Part shown: piece by piece, positions 27,711 through 36,156 of the stretch
How the letters are laid out: each line of letters starts with the position of its first letter
Numbering within the stretch: the first letter of the stretch is position 1
From: an uncultured Acidobacteriota bacterium
GTDB taxonomy: Bacteria; Acidobacteriota; Vicinamibacteria; Vicinamibacterales; UBA2999
Length of the DNA: 64,000 bases
Reading direction: 5' to 3'
Assembly: GCA_963707795.1 (NCBI GenBank)
Contig: OY970174.1
Coordinates: 1,874,648-1,938,647 of the forward strand
Made by a program: the position numbers and the translations under genes
The notes under the pieces: generated by a model
What the model saw: the letters and a program-made list of their open reading frames with translations, nothing else
Database searches by the model: none
What the model was told of the DNA's origin: nothing

Positions 27711-30255
27711 ATTCGAGCGCCTCCACCAGGGATCCTCGCACGGCAGCCTCGGCGGGCACCGACGCACCCACCAACGCCGTGAGCAGGATGATCGGAAACA
27801 GTGCCGCCGCCATGCCGTAGGGATACAGGTAATCGAGTCGCAGCCCGGGGAAGTCGCGTGCTGTCATCTCGAGCTGATAATAGAGCTGGATGCCGCCGAG
27901 CACCAGCCCGAGAATCACACTGACGACACCGACGCCGAGGGCCTCCATCCAAATCGTCCACCGCACCTGGTTGGGGAACCCGCCAAGAGCACGCAGCACG
28001 CCCAACTCACGACGACGGTCCGTGATCGAGACGGTCAGCGAATTGACGATGCCGAGGACCGCGACCAGAATCGCGATGGCGACTTGCGCCCAGGTCATGC
28101 GAAACCACTGGTCGGTCAGTCCGGACACGTAGTCTCGCACCTCGCCGTTGGTCAGCACGAAGATTCGGCGGTTGTCTCCGAACTTCGAGAGAATCCCGGC
28201 CTTGACCGTCTCGGACGGCACGCCGGGATCGAGATAGACACGAAAGAGATCAACGCTGTCGTCGCGCCAGTGGCGTTCGAACAGCTGCCGATCGATCATC
28301 AATGAGCCTTGCTGATCGGAGTATTCCTTGACCACACCCACCATCGGCAGCGGTAGCACGCCCCCCGGAAACGGAAGCTCAATCGTGTCACCCAGTCGCA
28401 CGTGCCGCATCGAGGCGAACCCTTCTGACGCGATGACGCCGCGCCCCTCTGCCGCGAGTCGGAACATTTCTTCCCGATCTCCTTGCACTGCGCGCAGCGG
28501 AGAGCGGCGCATGGTCTTTTCCACTTCCAAGACGATCAGCAGTACCGGTTCGGTCCCGAGTCGTATCCGCGGGTGGCGGAGCCGCTGCACCTCCGCGATG
28601 CCGTCGACCGACTCGAGCTCAGAGGTCATCGAGCCGGGAAACCGGTAGGTTCTTTCAGTGAGGGTCGGGGAGCTGGTGACGAAAAGGTCAGGGTTGAGAA
28701 AGGAGTTCACCCAATCCGTAACCTGGCCGTAGAGACCGCGCGCGATCCCGGCCAGGCCGATGACGAGCGCCAGCGAAAGCATGAGAGCTGCGACCGTCGA
28801 CGAGGTACGCTTCGGCGCTGCAATGAGGCTGTCGGCGGCCAGCGTGCCTTCAACTGGCCGCAGCCACCGGAGCACGGGGCGGATCGCGCGCGTGAGCCAC
28901 AGCGCGAGCCCGGGAGTGAGCAGCAGCGCCGCTATCATGACGCACACGTATCCCACATAGAACATCTGCAGTGAATCGGTCGCCACGAGCAACAGAGTGC
29001 CAGTGGCCCCGAGTGCGGCGGCGACAAGGGTGCGGCCGCGGGTCGAGCCTTCGGCGAGCACTTGATTGCGGCCCTTCTGGAGCGCCTTGACCGGATCGAC
29101 GCGCGCCGCGTTCCGTGCGGGAAGGACCGCAGCCAGCCCACTGGTCAACACGCCAAGCGCCACGGCAAGCACGGCGACGCTGGGCGTGAAGCCGACGTTC
29201 ACGTCCGCCGCCCCGACGCCATACGCGTCCTGCATCAAGCCCGCCGCGGTTCGTGCGACCACTTCTGCCGCGGAGTGCCCGACCACCACGCCAAGGGTTG
29301 ATCCCGCGAGCGCGAGGAGCAGGCTTTCGCCAAGAAAGAGCATCCAGATCTGAGGGCGCGTGGCCCCCAGCGCCCGTAAGAGGCCGATCTCGCCGCGTCG
29401 CTGCGTCACGGCGATCGAGAACGCGTTGTAAATGATGAACATGCCCACCAGCAGCGCAAAACCGCTGGAGAAATTGAGCATGAATTGGTAGATCCGCAGC
29501 ATGGACTGGAAGTTCTGTCCGCGTGTCGCGGGCGGCTGTATTTCGTATCCCACGCCGAGCAGCGATTGCAACGCTGCCTGCGCCTGAGTGACGTCGACGC
29601 CCGGCGCCAGCGCGAGGTCGATGCGGTCGAATTTCCGGCCACGGCCGAACACGAACTGGGCGGCGTAGATATCCATCACGGCGAGATTGCCGCCGAAGGC
29701 GCTGGTCAGTCCGCTCGACCGCAGAATCCCGCGCACCGTGAAGTTCTTGGGGCCGTCGATCGTGTTGAGCGGAACCCGGCTGTTGAGATCGAAGCCGTTC
29801 CGCGCCGCGAACTCGGCGCTGATCATGATTGAATCCGGCTGCGCCAGGAAGACCAGCGGGTCGTCGAGGATCGCCTCGTCGCCGGCTGCCAGGTCGTACT
29901 CGCGGAGGCTTCGATCGCCTGTCATGTCCACGCCGAGGACGAGGAGGTTGCCTTGGCCGACGATCCCCGTGCCAACAACCGCTTCGATGACCGGTGCCGC
30001 CACGCGTACGTCGGCGAGCGACTGCACGCGCTCGAGCACGTCCTCGTCGAAGCCCGCGTCGCCGGCGGTCACCTGCAGCTCGGTTGCGCCGGCAATGCGG
30101 TTGATCGTCTCCTGAAAGGTCCCAAACACGGCCGCGTTGGCCGTGTGCATCGCCATGAACACCGCAATGCCAATGACGATGGCCAGCAGCGTCAGAACGG
30201 TGCGCCCCGCATGCTTGCGCGTGTACGGCCAGCTGATCAGCCGAAACAGCATCAT
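27703..30255 (-). CDS. ABC transporter permease with duplicated FtsX/MacB-type domains (850 aa)
   Basis: Two repeats of TM1, a large periplasmic domain and three TM helices, each containing the FtsX signature (RRGEIGLLRALGA... and RRRELGVLRALGG...). Confidence 0.85.
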   Translation of the reverse strand: MMLFRLISWPYTRKHAGRTVLTLLAIVIGIAVFMAMHTANAAVFGTFQETINRIAGATELQVTAGDAGFDEDVLERVQSLADVRVAAPVIEAVVGTGIVGQGNLLVLGVDMTGDRSLREYDLAAGDEAILDDPLVFLAQPDSIMISAEFAARNGFDLNSRVPLNTIDGPKNFTVRGILRSSGLTSAFGGNLAVMDIYAAQFVFGRGRKFDRIDLALAPGVDVTQAQAALQSLLGVGYEIQPPATRGQNFQSMLRIYQFMLNFSSGFALLVGMFIIYNAFSIAVTQRRGEIGLLRALGATRPQIWMLFLGESLLLALAGSTLGVVVGHSAAEVVARTAAGLMQDAYGVGAADVNVGFTPSVAVLAVALGVLTSGLAAVLPARNAARVDPVKALQKGRNQVLAEGSTRGRTLVAAALGATGTLLLVATDSLQMFYVGYVCVMIAALLLTPGLALWLTRAIRPVLRWLRPVEGTLAADSLIAAPKRTSSTVAALMLSLALVIGLAGIARGLYGQVTDWVNSFLNPDLFVTSSPTLTERTYRFPGSMTSELESVDGIAEVQRLRHPRIRLGTEPVLLIVLEVEKTMRRSPLRAVQGDREEMFRLAAEGRGVIASEGFASMRHVRLGDTIELPFPGGVLPLPMVGVVKEYSDQQGSLMIDRQLFERHWRDDSVDLFRVYLDPGVPSETVKAGILSKFGDNRRIFVLTNGEVRDYVSGLTDQWFRMTWAQVAIAILVAVLGIVNSLTVSITDRRRELGVLRALGGFPNQVRWTIWMEALGVGVVSVILGLVLGGIQLYYQLEMTARDFPGLRLDYLYPYGMAAALFPIILLTALVGASVPAEAAVRGSLVEALEYE

Positions 30256-30926
30256 TGGCGCACGTCCTCCACGATTCGAGCGTCGCGCATCCGGACGACC
30301 CGTGGACAGCTGCCGGCCACAGAGAGATCGTGTGTGACGATGACGACCGTCGCGCCCAGCCTCGAATTGAGGTCGCGCATGAGTGCAAGGATCTCTGCAC
30401 CGGTCTTGGTGTCGAGATTCCCGGTGGGCTCGTCACCGAGGAGGATGGGTGGATAAATCGAGAGCGCCCTCGCGATCGCGACCCGCTGCCGTTCGCCCCC
30501 GGAGAGCTCGTCCGGCAAATGCTCCATGCGCTTGTCCAATCCGACCACTGCGAGCAGTTCGCGCGCGCGCTCGTCCGTCTTCTTGCGGGGCCACCGGCGC
30601 AAGTGCAGCGGCAGCGCGACATTTTCGATCGCCGAGAGACTGGGAAGCAGATTGAAGAACTGAAAGATGAACCCGATCTTGTCGCGCCGGATGCCTGTTC
30701 GTTCGCGATCGGTCAGCGGGGACAATGCCTGGCCGTCGATCCTGACTTCGCCGGTCGTGGGCTGATCGAGCGCCCCGATCAGGTTGAGCAGAGTCGACTT
30801 GCCCGATCCCGAGGGGCCGATGATGGCCACCATTTCACCTTTCCCGATCTCGAGGTCGACACCTTCGAGCGCAGTCACCTGGCGGCGTCCGGCGAAACGC
30901 TTCGAGACACCCTGCAGCTGAATCAT
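30252..30926 (-). CDS. ABC transporter ATP-binding protein (MacB/LolD type)
   Basis: Walker A GPSGSGKSTLL, Q-loop, signature LSGGERQRVAIARAL and Walker B ILLGDEPTGNLD. The stop overlaps the permease start. Confidence 0.9.
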   Translation of the reverse strand: MIQLQGVSKRFAGRRQVTALEGVDLEIGKGEMVAIIGPSGSGKSTLLNLIGALDQPTTGEVRIDGQALSPLTDRERTGIRRDKIGFIFQFFNLLPSLSAIENVALPLHLRRWPRKKTDERARELLAVVGLDKRMEHLPDELSGGERQRVAIARALSIYPPILLGDEPTGNLDTKTGAEILALMRDLNSRLGATVVIVTHDLSVAGSCPRVVRMRDARIVEDVRQ

Positions 30927-31176
30927 GAAGACGCATCCATGAGAGCGGTCATTGGCATGACGACCACCAGCACCAGCAGGTGCGTAGACGATGAGGCTGA
31001 GCGGCCCGACCACTCAACGCGATCAATAGCGGGGCGGCACCGCTCATCCCCGGGAAAACTCGGCGTGTCGCCGTTTGACCCCGTGCTGCAAAGGAGGCGG
31101 CAGCGTATCACTCTTCAAGACCACGCCGCTGCAATTTGCCCGACCTCCGGTCGGTCGCCCTCAACCGAAAGCCAGA

Positions 31177-31199
31177 CGTGCGGTGCTATAATCCGCACG
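31177..31199 (+). promoter_or_regulatory. Extended -10 promoter (TGCTATAAT) bracketed by a perfect 7-bp inverted repeat CGTGCGG/CCGCACG (candidate operator)
   Basis: CGTGCGG at 31177-31183, TGcTATAAT at 31184-31192, CCGCACG at 31193-31199. It lies ~105 nt upstream of ATG 31298 (RBS GGGAGG). Confidence 0.45.
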
Positions 31200-31297
31200 A
31201 ATCTGCCCCATTTCGCATCGGCTCGACGTTGACCTCGAGGCTTGTCGCGCGGAAAAGTCGCGATGCGTACGAGCCAGAGCCCCTTGGGAGGATCGAG

Positions 31298-33355
31298 ATG
31301 GCGTTCGGCTGGCGTGTGCTGCCCTCCCCGCGACGCCGCAGCATGGGGCGGAGTCGCTGGGCCGTCGTCATTCTTATGGCGGGCCTCATGGCCGGGGCGC
31401 TGCTGCTCAGAACGGCCGGAGGATTGGGCGGCGACCAGCCGCTGCATCTGTCCCACGCACCGCCCGTGGGGATGGCGTTCGACCCGGCGACGGAGCCGAT
31501 AGAACCGTCGTCCTCCGACGGCGTCGACTCCCGCTATGCCTACGACCCTGCGCTCACTCCCCTCGAAAACCACGGTCGGGACACGTGGTACTTCTGGACG
31601 GGTGGCGGTGAGCACTTTTGGCGCAAGGTCGCAATCATCACCGAGGGCATCACCGATCTGGTGCAGTTTGTGGATTCTCGGCGACGTGACAGCCGGTTCC
31701 GCACCTTAGGGGTCATCAACGATCCGCAGTGCACGAGGGCGACCAGGGCCGACGAATACGGTTTGTGGTTCGACGAGTGCGCCCCGCAAGACATCCCGGG
31801 GATCACGGGGATGCCGACAGGCATCGTGGGTCTGCGAAAGTTTCCGAATCCCAAGTTCGACAAAGCGACGTGGTCCACGGACCGTTACCGCACGAATCCT
31901 CGGGACGTCGAGCCGCCATACCTGGTCGGGATGACATGTGGGTTGTGCCACATCGGATTCAATCCACTGGACCCGCCGGCGGACCCCGAGCACCCCACGT
32001 GGCGTAATTTGGCGCCCGGGATCGGCAATCAATACTTCGATGAAGGCAAGCTGTTCTCGCTGAAGATGTCTCCCGACGATTTCCGCTGGCATGTCGCGAA
32101 TCGTCAGCCAGCAGGGACGTCGGACACATCCCGTTTCGCCACGGATCACATCAACAACTCGAACGCCATCAATCCGATCTTTCTCCTCGGGCACCGGCCT
32201 GCGCATCAAGAGACGATGAACGATGGCACCAGCCGCTCCGTGCACCACATCCTCAAAGACGGCGCCGACTCGATTGGCACGGCGGGTGCCTCGCTGCGCG
32301 TGTTTGTCAACATCGGCATGTGCTCGGACTACTGGCTGACGCTGCACGATCCCATTCTCGGCATGCGATCGCAGCAACCATTTCGCATCGAGCGAGCGAA
32401 GAAGGAATGCCCGGAGTGGTTGCCCACCGAGTCGCGCATGCCCGCTGTCGAGGCGTTCTTGAAGACGATCGGACCGATGCGCTTGAAGGACGCGGCAGGC
32501 GGCGCGCAGTATCTGTCGCAGGATTCCGCGGTCCTGCATCGAGGGAAAGTCGTCTTCGCCGAGCGATGCGCGACGTGCCATTCCAGCAAACAACCGCCGG
32601 CTGAACTGGCCGGCGATCCGCAACAAGCGACCCAATGGCTGCGTGAGGCCGTCGTCAAAGACGACTTTCTCGAGATGAACTACTTGTCCGACGACCGGCG
32701 CTACTCCGTGCTCGAGATCGGCACCAACATGGCCCGGGCGCTGGCGTCGAACGCCGTACGCGGCCACGTGTGGGAAGAGTTCTCATCCGAGAGCTACAAG
32801 CAGATGCCGACGGTCGGTCAGGCGCAGATGCTGTTCAACCCGCTCAACCCGGGCAGCCCCTTGAGCTTCGACTTGGGTGGTGGTGGCCGCGGCTACTATC
32901 GCACGCCCAGCCTGGTCAGCATCTGGGCCAGCGCGCCGTACTTCCACAACAACGCGTTGGGGATCTTCACGAAGGACCCGTCAGTCGCCAGCCGGATGCT
33001 GGCGTTTGAGGATGGGATGCGAAAGCTGCTCTGGCCACTCGATCGCCTGGGTGTGCAGTCGATTCCCGTGACGACGACCGACAGCATCATCAGGCTTTCC
33101 AACGGCATCGAGATGCCGGTCCCCATGGGCACGCCGATTAATCTGATCGCCCGCGTCGATCCCACCGCCGTGCCCAATCTGGGTCCACGGCTCACGGGGT
33201 GGCTCAGGTGGATGGTTGGGAACCGCTTTCTGTTGAACAATCTGCTCTCCTACAACCTCGCTCCTGACTTCGTCGAGGACCGGGGACACACCTTCGGAGC
33301 GGACCTCTCTGATGCCGACAAGCGCGCGCTCATCGAGTTTGTCAAAACGTTCTGA
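31298..33355 (+). CDS. Di-heme cytochrome c-family protein of unknown function (685 aa)
   Basis: N-terminal TM/signal WAVVILMAGLMAGALLL. Two CxxCH motifs ~290 aa apart (CGLCH and CATCH). There is no other family signature I can name. Confidence 0.7.
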   Translation: MAFGWRVLPSPRRRSMGRSRWAVVILMAGLMAGALLLRTAGGLGGDQPLHLSHAPPVGMAFDPATEPIEPSSSDGVDSRYAYDPALTPLENHGRDTWYFWTGGGEHFWRKVAIITEGITDLVQFVDSRRRDSRFRTLGVINDPQCTRATRADEYGLWFDECAPQDIPGITGMPTGIVGLRKFPNPKFDKATWSTDRYRTNPRDVEPPYLVGMTCGLCHIGFNPLDPPADPEHPTWRNLAPGIGNQYFDEGKLFSLKMSPDDFRWHVANRQPAGTSDTSRFATDHINNSNAINPIFLLGHRPAHQETMNDGTSRSVHHILKDGADSIGTAGASLRVFVNIGMCSDYWLTLHDPILGMRSQQPFRIERAKKECPEWLPTESRMPAVEAFLKTIGPMRLKDAAGGAQYLSQDSAVLHRGKVVFAERCATCHSSKQPPAELAGDPQQATQWLREAVVKDDFLEMNYLSDDRRYSVLEIGTNMARALASNAVRGHVWEEFSSESYKQMPTVGQAQMLFNPLNPGSPLSFDLGGGGRGYYRTPSLVSIWASAPYFHNNALGIFTKDPSVASRMLAFEDGMRKLLWPLDRLGVQSIPVTTTDSIIRLSNGIEMPVPMGTPINLIARVDPTAVPNLGPRLTGWLRWMVGNRFLLNNLLSYNLAPDFVEDRGHTFGADLSDADKRALIEFVKTF

Positions 33356-33366
33356 TCTGACTGCTG

Positions 33367-34704
33367 ATGGCAGGCGACATCCTCTTCGAGCCGCTGACGT
33401 TTCGAAATCTGACGGTCAAGAACCGCGTCTTCCGGTCGAACATCGCCGGTCGATTCGACAACTACGACGGCTCCGGGAGTCGGACGCGGATCAACTGGGA
33501 GTTGAAGTTCGCTCGGGGCGGCGTGGGCGCCATCGTGTCGTCGTTCGTGCCGGTCCAGATGCGAGGGCGGATCTTGCCCAATTACGCGACCATCGACCGC
33601 GACGACCGGATCCCGTTCTGGCGGGAGCTCGCCAGGAGGGTCCACGAGTTCGACTGCAAGTACATCGTGCAACTGAGTCATGGTGGGCGTCAGCGGGACA
33701 TTGCCCCGCTCGAAGCACCGAAGGGCCTCAGTTCGACCGACAAATGCGAACCGCTCCACGGGTTTCCGTGCGAGCGGATGACCGTGGATCAGATCCAGGA
33801 GACCGTGCAGGCATTTGCAGACGGCGCCTGGCGCGCGCGTGAGGCCGGAGTCGACGGTGTCGAGTTGCACGGCGCCAACGGCTATCTCATCACGCAGTTT
33901 CTCAGCTCGGCGATCAACGATCGAAAGGATCAGTACGGCGGCACTCTCGAGAACCGCGCCCGGTTCGTGCTGGAGATTGTTCGCGCGATCCGCAAGAAGG
34001 TCGGCGACGATTTCCACCTCCAGGTGAAGATCAGCACCACCGAGCACCACAACGCCATGCGCTGGTGGGAGTCCAGAGGCAACACGATCGCGGACTCCGT
34101 CGAGGTGTGTCGCTGGCTGGAGGAGGCGGGCGTCGATGCGATCCATGTGTCGACCGGCAGCTCGTTCCCGCATCCACGCAATCCAGCCGGCGATCTGCCG
34201 ATTGCGGACTTTCTCGGCGCCTATCCGCTGCTGCTGGCGAGCGGAAGCCGAACCTTCATGAATTACCTGCTGATCCGATCGATGTTCACGAGGAAGCTCT
34301 TTTACTGGCTATGGACCAGAGCTGGCCGGGGGACGATCGAAGGCGCGAACCTTGCCGACGCGCACGCGATCAAGCGCACCGTGAAAACGCCTGTTCTGTG
34401 CACGGGAGGATTCCAGACGGCGTCTGTCATCCGAAGGGCGCTGAGCGAGGGGTTATGTGATGGCGTGACGATTGCGCGGCCGCTGGTCGCGAACAACGAT
34501 CTGGTCCATCTGTTCGCTCAGGGGTTGGATCGCCCGCCCACACCGTGCAGCTATTGCAACAAGTGCCTGGTGAACGCCATCGTCAGCCCGCTGGGATGCT
34601 ACGACCAGACGCGTTTTGCCTCACGCGAGGCGATGGTGGAGCAGATCTTCTCGGTGTTCGCACCCGCATCCTTCAGTGAGGCGACGCCTGAGGTGAACGG
34701 ATGA
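33367..34704 (+). CDS. NADH:flavin oxidoreductase (Old Yellow Enzyme family) with a C-terminal Cys motif
   Basis: LTVKNRVFRSNIAG, QLSHGGRQ, GVELHGANGYLITQFLSSAINDRKDQYGG, and C-terminal CSYCNKCL. Confidence 0.85.
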   Translation: MAGDILFEPLTFRNLTVKNRVFRSNIAGRFDNYDGSGSRTRINWELKFARGGVGAIVSSFVPVQMRGRILPNYATIDRDDRIPFWRELARRVHEFDCKYIVQLSHGGRQRDIAPLEAPKGLSSTDKCEPLHGFPCERMTVDQIQETVQAFADGAWRAREAGVDGVELHGANGYLITQFLSSAINDRKDQYGGTLENRARFVLEIVRAIRKKVGDDFHLQVKISTTEHHNAMRWWESRGNTIADSVEVCRWLEEAGVDAIHVSTGSSFPHPRNPAGDLPIADFLGAYPLLLASGSRTFMNYLLIRSMFTRKLFYWLWTRAGRGTIEGANLADAHAIKRTVKTPVLCTGGFQTASVIRRALSEGLCDGVTIARPLVANNDLVHLFAQGLDRPPTPCSYCNKCLVNAIVSPLGCYDQTRFASREAMVEQIFSVFAPASFSEATPEVNG

Positions 34705-35097
34705 CCACGAGCCGCACCCGGAGATCGGCGCCGGGCCCCATGGGACGTCCGTGGCCCGGGCGAACCCGATTGCTCAGGAATCGCCCTGAACGTCCGGATC
34801 GAGATACGACCTCAAGCTGACGCGGCAGTACGTGACCATGACCGACGAACCACTCGGCAAGGCAATGACCGGGGCGTGGCAGCGCCGACGCCAGTTGACG
34901 GCAGTCGATCAGTAGGCCACGCGATGTCCGACAACGAATTGTCCGTCATTTGTCAGTCCCGCTCGCACACGCGTCGTGCGAAGCAGGTCTCGAGCCGTAA
35001 GCGTCCCTGTCACGCAGACCATTCCACCGGAGACTGTTCCACTAACGGAGGAGCACTCTACCTTTGGGTCTGGCAACAGCGGGAGCTTGCGCAGGCG

Positions 35098-36012
35098 TTA
35101 TCGCGCGGAATAGCCGTAGACGCGCACCGTGTTGGTTTTCCCCTTGAGCGTGCGTTCGCCGAAATCCTGCAGCGTTCCGGTCAGTTCCTGGATGTGTTCC
35201 GCGAAGTCACTGGAAAAGACCATGGACTGGTTTAGTTCCTTCGCGACGGCTTCCAGGCGAAACACGGTGTTTACCGCGTCGCCAATGATCGTCGCATCGC
35301 GATCGGCGGCGACCCCGACATTGCTGCAAGTGACCTGTCCGTAGTGCAGGGCGAGCGCGACGTGAAACGATTCGCCCGTCGGCCAGGCGCGGGCCGCGGC
35401 AAGGGCGAGCATTCTTCGCGCGCTCTCAAGCGCCCCGGCGCAATCGATCGGGGCATCGTGCGCGGCGCCCCAATACGCGAGCATGGCGTCGCCGATGAAT
35501 TTATCGATCGTCCCTCCGGCCCGGGACACGATATTGCCGGTTTCGCGAAACCATGCCCCGAGGATTTGGGCGACATCGCCGGGCGGATTGCGTTCCGACA
35601 TGGCGCTGAAGCCGCGGATATCGCAGACGAGCAGCGCGACGGCGCGCGACTCGATGACCTGATTGGCCACCGTTCCCGCGACCGTCAGTTGCAGGTGTTG
35701 CTGGGTCGTGTCAATGATTTCCTCGCTGAACGTGAGGATGTTGTCCGCAATCCGAATCCGGGCGCCATCGAGCAACGTGATCGGCACGATGACCCGTTGA
35801 TCGTTGACGAAGGTGCCGTTGCGGGAGCCGAGATCGATGATCTGGTATTGATATCCGTTGTAGCAGCGGACGACGGCGTGCTGCCGGGACACGAGCGGGC
35901 TCGAGTTCAGACACACCGTGTTTTCACGGGTGCGCCCGATCGTGGCGGTATTGCCGATCGGCACTTCAAAGGGTTCTGCTTCCGCAGGTTGGACGAAAAG
36001 CTTGGCTCCCAT
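35098..36012 (-). CDS. FHA-domain / class III adenylate-guanylate cyclase fusion
   Basis: FHA: IGRTRENTVCLNSSPLVSRQHAVV...DLGSRNGTFVNDQRV. Cyclase: LVCDIRGFSAMSE, KFIGDAMLAYWG and IGDAVNTVFRLE. The start is taken at MGAKLF. Confidence 0.85.
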   Translation of the reverse strand: MGAKLFVQPAEAEPFEVPIGNTATIGRTRENTVCLNSSPLVSRQHAVVRCYNGYQYQIIDLGSRNGTFVNDQRVIVPITLLDGARIRIADNILTFSEEIIDTTQQHLQLTVAGTVANQVIESRAVALLVCDIRGFSAMSERNPPGDVAQILGAWFRETGNIVSRAGGTIDKFIGDAMLAYWGAAHDAPIDCAGALESARRMLALAAARAWPTGESFHVALALHYGQVTCSNVGVAADRDATIIGDAVNTVFRLEAVAKELNQSMVFSSDFAEHIQELTGTLQDFGERTLKGKTNTVRVYGYSAR

Positions 36013-36156
36013 GCAGACGGCTGAGGCGTTGCAGATTGCTAGAGGCGGCGAACAACTGCAACGGTTTGGCGCCGATAGTTTTCCGGCCGTCCATTTTCCA
36101 TGTCCGACTCGCTCCGATTCGCTCACTACCAAGTGCTGCCCCGCGGGCCGCGCGCG

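Noticed and set aside
34705-35097. Possible island boundary or attR, a gene remnant (short frame ...LKLTRQYVTMTDEPLGKAMTGAWQRRRQLTAVDQ*), and ORF 34876..35235
   Set aside because: I could find no copy of the tRNA-Phe 3' end by eye. The short frames have no recognisable family features, and ORF 34876..35235 overlaps the 3' end of the cyclase gene antisense. I left it as unexplained non-coding sequence.
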